DNA from: an uncultured delta proteobacterium
GTDB lineage: Bacteria > Myxococcota_A > Polyangia > Polyangiales > Polyangiaceae
Direction of reading: 5' to 3'
Assembly (NCBI GenBank): GCA_963716725.1
Contig: CAVQUB010000021.1
Span: 288,001 to 352,000, forward strand
DNA length: 64,000 bases
Position numbers and translations under genes: made by a program. The notes under the pieces are model-generated. The model was not told the DNA's origin and searched no databases. It was given only the letters and a program-made list of their open reading frames with translations. Shown in pieces: positions 39,454 to 49,164 of this stretch (position 1 is its first letter; each line of letters begins with the position of its first letter).

Positions 39454-41718
39454 TCAGTACGCGCCCTGGCTCGCCCGCAGTCCCTTGGGGATCTCGAGAG
39501 CTAGCGGAGGGATGGCGTCGTCGCCACCGGACAGATACGCGTAGCGCGCCATGTTGCCGATGACGCGGCTCACGTAGACGCGCGTCTCTTCGTAGGGGAT
39601 GCGTGCAACGAACACGTCGAGGGGCAGCTTCTCGCCCGTCTCGAGCCAGCGGCTGACGGCGCTGGGTCCGGCGTTGTAGGCGGCCGCACCCAGCGCGACG
39701 TTGCCGCCGAAGGTGCCGAGCACTTTGGAGAGGTAGAAGCTGCCGAGCCGGATGTTGTATGCGGGGCTCGCCAAGAGGAGGGGCTCGAAGGCGAGCTCGA
39801 GCTCCTTCGCCACGTTCTTCGCCGTCGGCGGAATGAGCTGCAGGAGGCCAACGGCTTTCGCGGGGGACACGACCGCCGGAGCAAACGCGCTCTCCTGGCG
39901 CATGACCGCGTAGATCAAATCGCTCGGCAGGCCCCACTTCTGCTCGGCGCTGCGGACCAAGCTGGGATAGGGCCTCGGATAGATGCAGTCCCAGAGCCAA
40001 CGTGTGTCAGGAGCCGGCGCGCGATTGAGATCCGCGGGGCGAGCGGCACGCTGACCGACTCGGTAGCGGCGAGCCGCCGGACCGAGCTCGCCGTACATGC
40101 GGCAGAGCGCTTCATCCCCACGCGGCGCGTGCTGCCGCCGAATCGCCTCTTCGTGACCGCTGAGCTCGCGCTCGGCGTCCAGGTCGAAGCCCAGCGAGTG
40201 CATCAGCCGCACCTTGGCCGGAAGTTCGATGGCGATGTCGGAGCGCACGGGCCCGAGCTTGGGCGGCTCGATGGGCGCGGGCTTGGGCTGGCCCAGCCCT
40301 TCGAGGCGCGTTGCTGCCGCGAGGGCAGCGAAGGACAGCGGGCGCTCTTCGACCACCTGGCGGTACACCTTGGCGGCTGCGGCCTTCTTGCCTGCGCCCT
40401 CGAGGGCGACACCGCTGAGTTCGCGCAAGCTGGCGGCCTCGTGCTCTTTGGTCTCGCCGTCCGCGAGCGCGCTCAGGGACTTGGCGGCCCTGTCGTGTTG
40501 ACCCGAGGCAAGGAGCGCCACGGCCTGCTCGTAGTGCACCTGACGTGAGAAGCGACCGTCCTTGGCGTGGCGCGAGGCGTACGCCGAGTACGCGCTGGCC
40601 GCTTCTTTCCAGCGCCCGCCGACGTAGAGCAGCCGCGCCGAGAGAAAACGGGACTGCTCGGCGAAAGCGCTGCGCTTGTAGCGGCGGGTGACCTCAGCGT
40701 AGACGGCGATGGCGCGGTCGTCCTGGTGCGCGCGAGACAGGGCCCGGGCCGAATGGAACAGGTCGTGCGCTGCGTGCTCGCCCCCCTGTCGCGATGCTTC
40801 GGCCAGCACCTCGGCGGCCCGGGAAAAGTCCCGAGCTTGGTACAGCGCCCAGCCACGAACGTGCAAGGTCTCCGCGCGGCTCACGCCAGGCCCGACCGCC
40901 TTGTCGATGGCCGCGATCTCGCGGTCGACGAGCTCGACCTTGCCCGCTCGCGCCATGGCCAAGGCGCGCTCGTATCGCTCGCGCTTGCCGAGCACACGCT
41001 GGGGGGCGAGCTTCTCGAGGCGCGCGTCCACGTCCGCGGCAAAGTCCGCAGCCGGAGCGAAGGTCGCGAGCCAACGCAGCTCGGTGGCCGCAACGTCTTT
41101 CGCTCCCTGCTTCTCCGCGATCCGGGACCGCGCGTGGCGCGCTTCGATCTCGTCGGGTGGAGGTCCGTTCTTCTTGCGCTTTGCCGCGCTCGCGAGCCCG
41201 ACGGCGCGATCGATGGCTTTCCGGGCGTCGTCGAGCTTGCCCGCGCTCTCCCACGCGACCGCCGCCCGGATCAACGACGCCGCCGTCTGCTTGCTCTCGA
41301 AGTGTCGAGCCGCCGCGTCGAAGGGACCGACCTTTGCTTCGGACTCCGCGCGCTCGTCGGCAATCTCGGTGGCCAGCACCGGGAGATCGCGTTCGAGTCC
41401 CTTCAGGAGTTTGGCCGCGGCCAAGTCGTCGCCCAGCTTACGTGCCACGCGGGCACGCGCGAACCGAACCTCCGGACGATCACGTTTGGGGCCGAGCGCA
41501 TCGATCAAGCGCGCCGCCGCTTCCCACTCGTGAGTCCGGATGGCTTCGGTCCATTCGCTGGCCTTCACCTCGGGCACCCCCACGCTCGAATCGAGCTCCG
41601 GGGGCGCCGCTTCGGGGACCGCCGGCGCCGCCTCCGAGGGAGTGGGCGGAGGCCCGGAACCCCGGGTGCACGCCGCGAGCAAGACCGCGAGCGCTGCGCT
41701 GAAACAGTGGCGCTCCAT
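39454..41718 (-). CDS. Slt-type lytic transglycosylase with TPR region, lipoprotein
   Basis: MRQESAF, GLLQL, AYNAG, ETRVYV. Confidence 0.9.
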   Translation of the reverse strand: MERHCFSAALAVLLAACTRGSGPPPTPSEAAPAVPEAAPPELDSSVGVPEVKASEWTEAIRTHEWEAAARLIDALGPKRDRPEVRFARARVARKLGDDLAAAKLLKGLERDLPVLATEIADERAESEAKVGPFDAAARHFESKQTAASLIRAAVAWESAGKLDDARKAIDRAVGLASAAKRKKNGPPPDEIEARHARSRIAEKQGAKDVAATELRWLATFAPAADFAADVDARLEKLAPQRVLGKRERYERALAMARAGKVELVDREIAAIDKAVGPGVSRAETLHVRGWALYQARDFSRAAEVLAEASRQGGEHAAHDLFHSARALSRAHQDDRAIAVYAEVTRRYKRSAFAEQSRFLSARLLYVGGRWKEAASAYSAYASRHAKDGRFSRQVHYEQAVALLASGQHDRAAKSLSALADGETKEHEAASLRELSGVALEGAGKKAAAAKVYRQVVEERPLSFAALAAATRLEGLGQPKPAPIEPPKLGPVRSDIAIELPAKVRLMHSLGFDLDAERELSGHEEAIRRQHAPRGDEALCRMYGELGPAARRYRVGQRAARPADLNRAPAPDTRWLWDCIYPRPYPSLVRSAEQKWGLPSDLIYAVMRQESAFAPAVVSPAKAVGLLQLIPPTAKNVAKELELAFEPLLLASPAYNIRLGSFYLSKVLGTFGGNVALGAAAYNAGPSAVSRWLETGEKLPLDVFVARIPYEETRVYVSRVIGNMARYAYLSGGDDAIPPLALEIPKGLRASQGAY

Positions 41719-41782
41719 GACCCGCTTTACCTAGCACGCTGGGCCCGATGGGCCGAAAAAGCGCCCACCACGGCGGGCTCGC

Positions 41783-42337
41783 TCACCAGCCGTAACGGTA
41801 CTCCGCCCGGAGGAGGGCGGTGAAATAGGGCGCGTCGCCGACTCCGCCGAGCGGGTCGCTTTGGAAGCCGTGGTAGGCGATCTGCGCACCGAGGCCGAAT
41901 CTGCGCGACAGCGTGTAGTCGAGTCCGAGGGGGATCGAGACCCCGAGCTCGCGCTGTTTCAGGTGGCTGGGCCATGGCCCTGACGTGAACGCGTAGTAGC
42001 CGCCGAGGATTCCGAAGTAGGGAACCCACTCCAAGACATCGAGCTTGTACACGACGCCCGCCGATGCCGAGTACAAGCGGGTCGACGTCTCGGCGGCCAA
42101 GGTGTGTTCGGCGGCGCCGAGTTCGAGTCGGAAGTCGAACATGTCGGAGACGTCGTACGCGACGTGCAGGCCCAGCATGGGGCCAGTGCCATGCTCCGTT
42201 CCCACGAACTTCGCGGCGCCGATGCCTCCGCCAAAGTGCCACTGCTCCTCGTAGGCCGCAGCCGTACCGGGTACCGTAGCCGCGACGAGCACAAGGCTCA
42301 GGGCGAAGCGCGGGGGCCGACACATGCGTGCACTCAT
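41783..42337 (-). CDS. Small outer-membrane beta-barrel protein (start uncertain, 42337 or 42325)
   Basis: Signal peptide; alternating beta strands, VPYFG, GLDY, aromatic C-terminus YRYGW. Confidence 0.7.
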   Translation of the reverse strand: MSARMCRPPRFALSLVLVAATVPGTAAAYEEQWHFGGGIGAAKFVGTEHGTGPMLGLHVAYDVSDMFDFRLELGAAEHTLAAETSTRLYSASAGVVYKLDVLEWVPYFGILGGYYAFTSGPWPSHLKQRELGVSIPLGLDYTLSRRFGLGAQIAYHGFQSDPLGGVGDAPYFTALLRAEYRYGW

Positions 42338-42431
42338 AGAGCATTTCCGGGCTCGTCGTCTCGGCTTTCTCCCCCCCCTGGGGACGTCCAAGGGTCGCCC
42401 CCAGGCGGTCCCCCACTCGGCTCCGCGCACC

Positions 42432-44654
42432 TCACAGCATGTTGACCGGATCGATGTCGATCACGACCCGCACCGCGCGATCGACCGCGGTCCGGGCCAC
42501 GGCCAGCAGCACTGGCCGCATCAGGGCGCGATCCGCGCTCCGCACCATGAAGCGAAAGCGGTACCGGTTACGTAGCCGAGGCAGCGGGGCCGGCGCGGGT
42601 CCCAGCACGTCCACGCGAGGACCGGCGCTCTTCCGCGCGATCTGGGCGAGTCGCTCGGCGGCGTCTCTCGCGCGCGCTTCATCCGCCGAATCCACCCGCA
42701 CCAGCGCCATGCGCCGATACGGCGGGTAGCCGAGCTCGCGGCGATCCTCGAGCTCGCGCACCACGAAGCGCTCGACGTCGTGGTGCGCGGCCAGGGCCAC
42801 GGCGGGATGCTCCGGCTGCCAGGTCTGGATCAACACCTTGCCCGGAACATCCCCGCGCCCGGCCCGCCCCGCCACCTGGACCAGCAGGTGAAATGCCCGC
42901 TCGGCCGCCCGGAAGTCCGGCATCGCCAGCGCGGCGTCGGCGTTGAGCACTCCCACCAAGGTCACGTCTGGGAGGTCGTGTCCCTTGGTCACCATCTGCG
43001 TGCCGACCAGGATGTCTATCTCGCGCCGGCGCATGCGATCGAGGACCTTCTCGCTCTTTGCTCCCGCTGCCACGTCGCGGTCGAGCCGAGCGATGCGCCC
43101 GGCGGGAAAAGCTTCGGACAGCGCCTGCTCGATGCGCTCGGTGCCGGCGCCTTCTTCACTGAGTCGGCCACTGCCGCAGCCGGGACACCGCTCCATCAAC
43201 GGCACGGCGTGGTCGCAGTAGTGGCATGAGAGCCGCGCCCGACCATGTCGATGCAGAGTGAGCGCGACCGCGCAGCTTGGGCACTCGACAACCTTGCCGC
43301 AAGCCTCACACAGGAGGCTCGGCGCAAAGCCTCGCCGATTGAGGAACAGGATGATTTGGCCGCGCGCTTCCAGAGTCTGCTCGATGGCGCGGTGCAGCGG
43401 GAGGCTGAGCAGGCGGTGTCCCGTGGGGCCGGCACCGACACGTCTCAGGTCGATGAGCTCGACCCGCGGCAACACGGCGCTGGCGCGAGCGCGCTCAGGC
43501 AAGGTGAGGCGATCGATCCGCTGCTCGCGCACGGCAAGTTCGCTCGCAAGGGACGGCGTAGCCGACCCGAGGACCGTCACTGCGCCGGCGCGGTGGGCGC
43601 GCAACAGCGCCATGTCGCGAGCGTTGTACCGCACGCCCTCTTCTTGCTTGAACGACCCATCGTGCTCCTCGTCAACGCAGATCAAGCGGAGCCGCTCGAC
43701 GGGGGCGAAGAGCGCGGAGCGGGCTCCGACGGCGACCTTCACCTGACCCGAGCGTAGGGACTTCCACATTGCGTGGCGATCGGCGTCGCCGAGCCCGCTG
43801 TGCATCACGGCGATGCGCTCACCGAGCCGGGCCCGGAAACGGCCGACGAGTTGGGGCGTCAGCGCGATCTCCGGCACCAAGACGATTGCGCTGCCGCCGC
43901 CCTCGATGGCGCGCTGCACGGTGCGCAGGTAGACCTCGGTCTTCCCGGACCCAGTGACCCCATGGAGCAAGAACGCGCCGCGCTCGCCGCGGTCGAGCCG
44001 ATCCACGATGGCACGAACAGCTCGCTCTTGGGCCGCGGTCGGAGACGGCGGCGTGTCGGGGGTGACGGCGACGGCAAAGAAGGGATCGCGAACGCGCGCC
44101 ACCTCGTCGATCACCGCGAGCTCGGCCTCGACCAATCGTTTGACCGCGGCGCGGGCGTTGCCCCAACTCTTGGAGAGTTCGGCCACCGGCGTCGGACCGT
44201 TGGCCACGAGGTGTTCGTGAATCGCTCGTGCCTGCCCGCGCAGCTCCGTCGGCACGACCACCGCCAACGCCCGCGCCACCCGCTCCGTGCTCCCGACGGC
44301 CTGGAGCTTCGCCTGACCGGCCAGCGCCCGTGCGGCGGTGCGCTCGATGGCGGGCAGCGCGAGTCGCATCACGTCGCCAATGGGCGCGAGGTAGTAGCGA
44401 GCGAGCTCGAGCAAGAAGTCGAGCAGCTCCTCGGGCAGCACCGGCTCCGCATCGACCACCGCGACGATGGGCTTGAGCTTGTCCAGCGGAATGTCGGGCT
44501 CACGATCTGCGACATCGAGAACGACACCGATCACTCGGCGCCGCCCGAACTCGCAGAGCACGCGGGCCCCTCGGCGAAGGTCCATCCCAGCGGGCACCGA
44601 ATAGGTGAAGGCCTGCCCGAGCGGCACCGGCACGGAGAGTCGCGCGAGGAGCAC
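42432..44654 (-). CDS. priA: Primosomal protein N'
   Basis: GVTGSGKT, PEIALTPQ, DEEH, LNRRG, four CxxC, GTQM.TKG. Confidence 0.96.
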   Translation of the reverse strand: MLLARLSVPVPLGQAFTYSVPAGMDLRRGARVLCEFGRRRVIGVVLDVADREPDIPLDKLKPIVAVVDAEPVLPEELLDFLLELARYYLAPIGDVMRLALPAIERTAARALAGQAKLQAVGSTERVARALAVVVPTELRGQARAIHEHLVANGPTPVAELSKSWGNARAAVKRLVEAELAVIDEVARVRDPFFAVAVTPDTPPSPTAAQERAVRAIVDRLDRGERGAFLLHGVTGSGKTEVYLRTVQRAIEGGGSAIVLVPEIALTPQLVGRFRARLGERIAVMHSGLGDADRHAMWKSLRSGQVKVAVGARSALFAPVERLRLICVDEEHDGSFKQEEGVRYNARDMALLRAHRAGAVTVLGSATPSLASELAVREQRIDRLTLPERARASAVLPRVELIDLRRVGAGPTGHRLLSLPLHRAIEQTLEARGQIILFLNRRGFAPSLLCEACGKVVECPSCAVALTLHRHGRARLSCHYCDHAVPLMERCPGCGSGRLSEEGAGTERIEQALSEAFPAGRIARLDRDVAAGAKSEKVLDRMRRREIDILVGTQMVTKGHDLPDVTLVGVLNADAALAMPDFRAAERAFHLLVQVAGRAGRGDVPGKVLIQTWQPEHPAVALAAHHDVERFVVRELEDRRELGYPPYRRMALVRVDSADEARARDAAERLAQIARKSAGPRVDVLGPAPAPLPRLRNRYRFRFMVRSADRALMRPVLLAVARTAVDRAVRVVIDIDPVNML

Positions 44655-44663
44655 CGCTAGGCT

Positions 44664-45929
44664 CTAGCGCATCACAGCCGCGATCACGATCACGGCGATC
44701 ACCACCCCGATCATCATCCACAAAACGAAGCTCGGCGTCCGCTTCTCCTCGTCGGCGACGGAGTCGGGCCGACGCGAATGCGCGATTCCGACTAGAGACG
44801 GCGCCGAAGGCTCTGCGATGGGCGACTCCTCCACCGCGAGCGAACCGGGTTCGGTCACGGTGACCGGGTCCGGGTGCTGGGGCGCAGCGACACCTGCGAG
44901 CGAGTCTAGCTCCGGGTTCGTTGTCCCCTCCGCGTGTCGCTTGGCCGCGCGTTCGCGGCTGCGACGGCGCTCGACGATCTCGGCGCCGAAGGTCTGCATC
45001 AACCACTCTCCGACCCGCAGCGGACTCGCGAGCAGGGCCGATTCGCCGGCGTAGTCCTCGAGCTCTCTGGACAGCTCACGCGCGCTCGGCCAGCGTTCAT
45101 CCGGGTTTCGAGCGAGGGCCCGGGACACGATGCCGTACAGTCGGGCTTCGTTAGGCAGACCGCGCGCAGGAAGTGTGGGGATCTCGGCCCTGCGCGCCTG
45201 CTCGAGAGAGGGCGGCCGTCCTCCGTCGCCACGGTAGAGCCGGCGCCCCGCCAGCAACTCCCACAGGATGACGCCCGCCGCGAAGACGTCGGAGCGTGCG
45301 TCCAGGTTTCCGCCCGCAGCGGCTTCGGGGCTCATGTACCCGGCCTTTCCCTGAATCGCCTCGGAGGGCAGCTCGGCGCCGACACCCATCGCGCGGGCGA
45401 TGCCAAAGTCGCAGAGCTTGACCTCGCCGTCGAAGCTCACGAGCACGTTGGACGGCGAGACGTCGCGATGCACGATGTTGAGCGGTCGGCCGTCGGCGTC
45501 TTTCTTGCGGTGGGCGAAGTCCAGTGCACGCAGGGTTTCGATGATGATCAGCAGCGAAAACTCCACGGGCAGCGGCGTCTTGGTGCGCGAGCAGCGTTTG
45601 AGCAGATCCGACAGGTCGAACCCCTCGACGTACTCCATCGCGATGTACAAGACATCGCCCTCGCGCCCGAGATCGAGCACCTGCACGACGTTGCCGTGAG
45701 CCAAGCCCGCCGCGAGCTTGGCCTCTTCAATCAGGAGATTCGAGAACTCCTGACTACTGGCCAAGATGGGCAAGATCTGTTTGACCACGACCAGCCGCTC
45801 GCCGCCGAGCGCCGTGCTCTGCCGGCCCAGGTAGATTCGGGCCATGCCGCCTTCGCCGATTTGGTCGAAGAGCACATAGCGCCCGAAACGTCGAGGCAGG
45901 GGCTCGCTGGGCGGGGGCGGCTCGGACAC
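44664..45929 (-). CDS. Ser/Thr protein kinase with C-terminal TM (start 45929 or 45959)
   Basis: GEGGMA, HRDVSPSN, DFGIA, GKAGYMSPE. Confidence 0.9.
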   Translation of the reverse strand: MSEPPPPSEPLPRRFGRYVLFDQIGEGGMARIYLGRQSTALGGERLVVVKQILPILASSQEFSNLLIEEAKLAAGLAHGNVVQVLDLGREGDVLYIAMEYVEGFDLSDLLKRCSRTKTPLPVEFSLLIIIETLRALDFAHRKKDADGRPLNIVHRDVSPSNVLVSFDGEVKLCDFGIARAMGVGAELPSEAIQGKAGYMSPEAAAGGNLDARSDVFAAGVILWELLAGRRLYRGDGGRPPSLEQARRAEIPTLPARGLPNEARLYGIVSRALARNPDERWPSARELSRELEDYAGESALLASPLRVGEWLMQTFGAEIVERRRSRERAAKRHAEGTTNPELDSLAGVAAPQHPDPVTVTEPGSLAVEESPIAEPSAPSLVGIAHSRRPDSVADEEKRTPSFVLWMMIGVVIAVIVIAAVMR

Positions 45930-46094
45930 GTCGGCCGGATCGTACCCAGGCGCCCTCACGAAGCGCCAGCAATTGTCGGAGCGAGGTGCAAAGCCCCGGC
46001 CTGGGCGCCCGGCGCGGCGGGGGTACCGGTGCGCGGGCGCTGTGTTACGCGTTGTCTCCCCGCGCCGCGATGGCTCGGGTCAGGAGGAGGAAGC

Positions 46095-46841
46095 ATGTCG
46101 CATCACAACATCGGTCGCGTCGTTTGGCGCGAGATCATGACGGACGACACCGATCGGGCCAAGGGCTTCTACGGCGAGCTCTTCGGCTGGAAATTCGAAG
46201 ACATGCCCATGGGGGACATGACCTACACGATCGTCAAGCTCGGCGATCGCGGGCTCGCTGGCCTGATGAAGAAGCCCATGCCCGAGGCCCCCGCGGCCTG
46301 GCTCAGCTACGTGTCGGTGAAAGACGCTGATCTCGTGGCAAAGACCGCCGCCGCCGAGGGCGGAACGGTGGTAGTGCCACCGACCGACATCCCCGAAGTC
46401 GGCCGCTTCACGGTGTTCGTGGACTTTGCTGGCGCTGCCGTCGCGGCCTTGAAGGGTGAGAGCCAAGGACCGCCGATGCCGGAGCGCCCCGGCGTTCACG
46501 ATTTTCGCTGGGAGGCGCTCTCGACCACCGACGTCGAGCGGGCCACGGCGTTCTACGCCAAGGTGTTCGGCTGGCAGAAGAAGGAGGCCCCGGCCCCCGG
46601 CATGACCGTGCTCGGAACCGAGGCGAACATGGTCTGCGACGTACAGAAGGCGCAGGGCATCCCGCCGAACTGGTCGACCTTCGTGGTGGTCGAGAAGATC
46701 GAAGCCGCGAACGAGCGGGCGACCAAGCTGGGCGGCAAGGTCCTCATGCCGCGCATCGAGGTACCGAACGTCGGGATCATCGCGATGATCCAGGATCCGA
46801 CCGGCGCCGTGCTCGGACTGTTTCAGCCCAACATGACCTGA
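46095..46841 (+). CDS. VOC/glyoxalase family protein, two domains
   Basis: FYGELFGW and FYAKVFGW, WLSYVSV, DPTGA; AGGAGG RBS. Confidence 0.88.
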   Translation: MSHHNIGRVVWREIMTDDTDRAKGFYGELFGWKFEDMPMGDMTYTIVKLGDRGLAGLMKKPMPEAPAAWLSYVSVKDADLVAKTAAAEGGTVVVPPTDIPEVGRFTVFVDFAGAAVAALKGESQGPPMPERPGVHDFRWEALSTTDVERATAFYAKVFGWQKKEAPAPGMTVLGTEANMVCDVQKAQGIPPNWSTFVVVEKIEAANERATKLGGKVLMPRIEVPNVGIIAMIQDPTGAVLGLFQPNMT

Positions 46842-46986
46842 TCGCCGGCGGCACGACAAACAACACCGGCGCCGGGGAACACCTGGCGCCGTTTGGCCTA
46901 GTATCCGCTGGCTCCGGCGCGGTGTCCGGAAGCGCCGCGCACCCGGCGGCCGCGGCGCAACGTGGCGAGACGGACGCCCACCTACC

Positions 46987-48231
46987 TCACTGGCAAGCGA
47001 GGTTCTTGGTGCCCTTCGTCGGGTTGCAGGAGAAGTCTTCGCAGTCCGCGTGCCCGTTGGTGTCGTTGTCCTTGCCGTCGCTGCACTCCGCGTAGCTGTT
47101 CTCGGTTGGGCAGACCGTGACGAAGGCGTTTTCCGAGCACGAGAAGTCATCGCAGTCGGTCTTGCCGTTGCCGTCGTTGTCCTTGCCATCCTTGCAAGTC
47201 ACGTCGTTGGCTTCGGAGTTGCACACCGTCACGACGGGGTTCCTGGAGCAGCTGAAATCAGCGCAGTCGATCTTACCGTCGGTGTCGTTGTCCTTGCCGT
47301 CCTTGCACTCGGCATCGGCGAGGCCCGGCCACGCCGACTCGGCTGGCAGGGGGCTCACGGGCTGACCGGGCTTGGTCCTGTCGCACACGATGATGCCTTC
47401 CGCCTGGCACCCACCATCGGCGCAATCGGTCTTTCCGTCTTTGTCGTTGTCGAGCCCATCTGAACAGGTCTTGTTGTCGCCTTCGACTGGCTGATCCTTG
47501 CAATCGAGGGCCTCGACGCTGTCCGTGCAGCCAAAGTCAGCGCAATCGGTGTGAGTGTTGTTGTCGTTGTCCTTGCCGTCGCTGCACGCCGTCTTGACCA
47601 GCGCGGGCCAGTTGGCCTTGGGCGGCAGCGGGCTGACGGCCGTCGCCCCGTTGCAGACGACGATGGATTCATTCTGACAATCGGTGTCGGCGCAATCCGT
47701 CTTGCCGTCCGCGTCGTTGTCCTTGCCGTCGCTGCAGGCCGCGTTGGTCTTCTCGCCCTTGCACACCAGGCGGTCCTTGCAGTCGAAGTCGTCGCAGTCG
47801 ATCTTGTTGTCGCCGTCGTCGTCCGTGCCGTTCATGCAGAGGGAGTTCGAGTTCTCCGCCGGCCCGGCGGGGCAGACCGTGGGTTTGCCTTCGCAGTCGA
47901 AGTCGTCGCAGTCGGTGAAGCCATCGTTGTCGTTGTCGCAGCCGTCGGCACAGGCCGCGTCGGTGTCCTCTTTGGCCATGGTCGGGCAGTTGCCGCCACC
48001 GCCGCCAGTGTTGGTGCCACCGGTGTTGGTGCCACCGGTGTTGGTGCCACCGGTGTTGGTGCCGCCGGTGTTGACGCCGCCGCCGCCGGCCGCGCCCCCG
48101 ACGCCGCCGCCGACACCCGCGCCGCCGCCGACACCCGCGCCGCCGCCGTCGGTGCCCTCCGCGCGACACGCGCCCATCGCCGCGAGCCCGAACATACCGA
48201 TACCCATCAGCGCAACTGACAACGGCTTCAT
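46987..48231 (-). CDS. Lipoprotein with eight Cys/Asp-rich metal-binding-type repeats
   Basis: MGAC lipobox, Gly-rich linker, eight CxDGxDNDxDGxxDCxDxxC-like units. Confidence 0.85.
   Translation of the reverse strand: MKPLSVALMGIGMFGLAAMGACRAEGTDGGGAGVGGGAGVGGGVGGAAGGGGVNTGGTNTGGTNTGGTNTGGTNTGGGGGNCPTMAKEDTDAACADGCDNDNDGFTDCDDFDCEGKPTVCPAGPAENSNSLCMNGTDDDGDNKIDCDDFDCKDRLVCKGEKTNAACSDGKDNDADGKTDCADTDCQNESIVVCNGATAVSPLPPKANWPALVKTACSDGKDNDNNTHTDCADFGCTDSVEALDCKDQPVEGDNKTCSDGLDNDKDGKTDCADGGCQAEGIIVCDRTKPGQPVSPLPAESAWPGLADAECKDGKDNDTDGKIDCADFSCSRNPVVTVCNSEANDVTCKDGKDNDGNGKTDCDDFSCSENAFVTVCPTENSYAECSDGKDNDTNGHADCEDFSCNPTKGTKNLACQ
48008..48073 (-). repeat. 15-bp coding tandem repeat (GGTNT), about 4 copies
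   Basis: gtgttggtgccaccg repeated. Confidence 0.9.
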
Positions 48232-48381
48232 GTGTCGCTCCTGGAAAGCAAGTCGCGATCGGCGGACTGCCGATCGGAGGTGGCGCGAGAGAGCGCGTCA
48301 CCGAGGGCCTATCCTGCGATGCTTTCCCAGACTTGGCCAGACGTTCTCGCCGCGGCCCTGGATCGTGCGGGCTCCCGAGGC

Positions 48382-49164
48382 TCAGCGCACGTGCGTCGCC
48401 GGCCCTCGCGGCCGAAGCTCCGGCGTTCGGGCCAAGAGGTACTCGGTCCCGAGCGTGCCGTCCGCGAACAGGTTGACGCTGCGCGAGGTGGCGTCAGCGA
48501 AATCCCAACGGGTGACTTCCATCCCGCCGAGGTCGAACACGGGGTTGTTCCGGTGCCAGCGCACAGGACTGTGCCCCTTCAGGATGGGCCAACGCTTCGA
48601 GTCGCCGAACAGTCGCCGCACGACGAGGCGCCGCACTCCGAGCTCTCGGCACTCGGCGACAAACGCCTCGATGTCGCTGGCGTTGTGCTCGTTCACCACC
48701 GCTGACACCTTCACGGGGACGGTCGTCTTCGCCAGGATGGCGGCGAGGTCGGGCACTTTCCGCGAGCCCATCATGGCCTCGTAGATGTCGGAGCGAAGGG
48801 ACGGTATCGAGAGGCAGGCGCGGTCGTAGCGGTTGAATACGTCCAGTCGATCGAGCGTGCGCGCGCCATTGGTGTGTACCGAGAGCCGAGCGCGTGGGTG
48901 CAGGCGCCCTCGGAGCAACTCGAGGAGCTCTCCCTCGAAGCGGTAGAGCTGCGGATCACTCGTTGTCCCCGTGAAGACGACCTCCGGGATCGCGTGCTGG
49001 TTGACGACGCTGATCAACGCCTCGATGCCCAGCGGTGGAAATTGCTCCAGGTTCGATCGATTGACCCGCGCGGGCAGCTCCTTGCCGATGCAGAAGGGAC
49101 AAGCGCGGTTGCAGGGGCCCGCGAAGAGCAGGTTGGCGAAGTCAAACACCGTCAATGCCTCCAC
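48382..49164 (-). CDS. Small radical SAM protein
   Basis: CNRACPFC; FTGTTSDP in place of GGEP; HTNG. Confidence 0.85.
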   Translation of the reverse strand: MEALTVFDFANLLFAGPCNRACPFCIGKELPARVNRSNLEQFPPLGIEALISVVNQHAIPEVVFTGTTSDPQLYRFEGELLELLRGRLHPRARLSVHTNGARTLDRLDVFNRYDRACLSIPSLRSDIYEAMMGSRKVPDLAAILAKTTVPVKVSAVVNEHNASDIEAFVAECRELGVRRLVVRRLFGDSKRWPILKGHSPVRWHRNNPVFDLGGMEVTRWDFADATSRSVNLFADGTLGTEYLLARTPELRPRGPATHVR

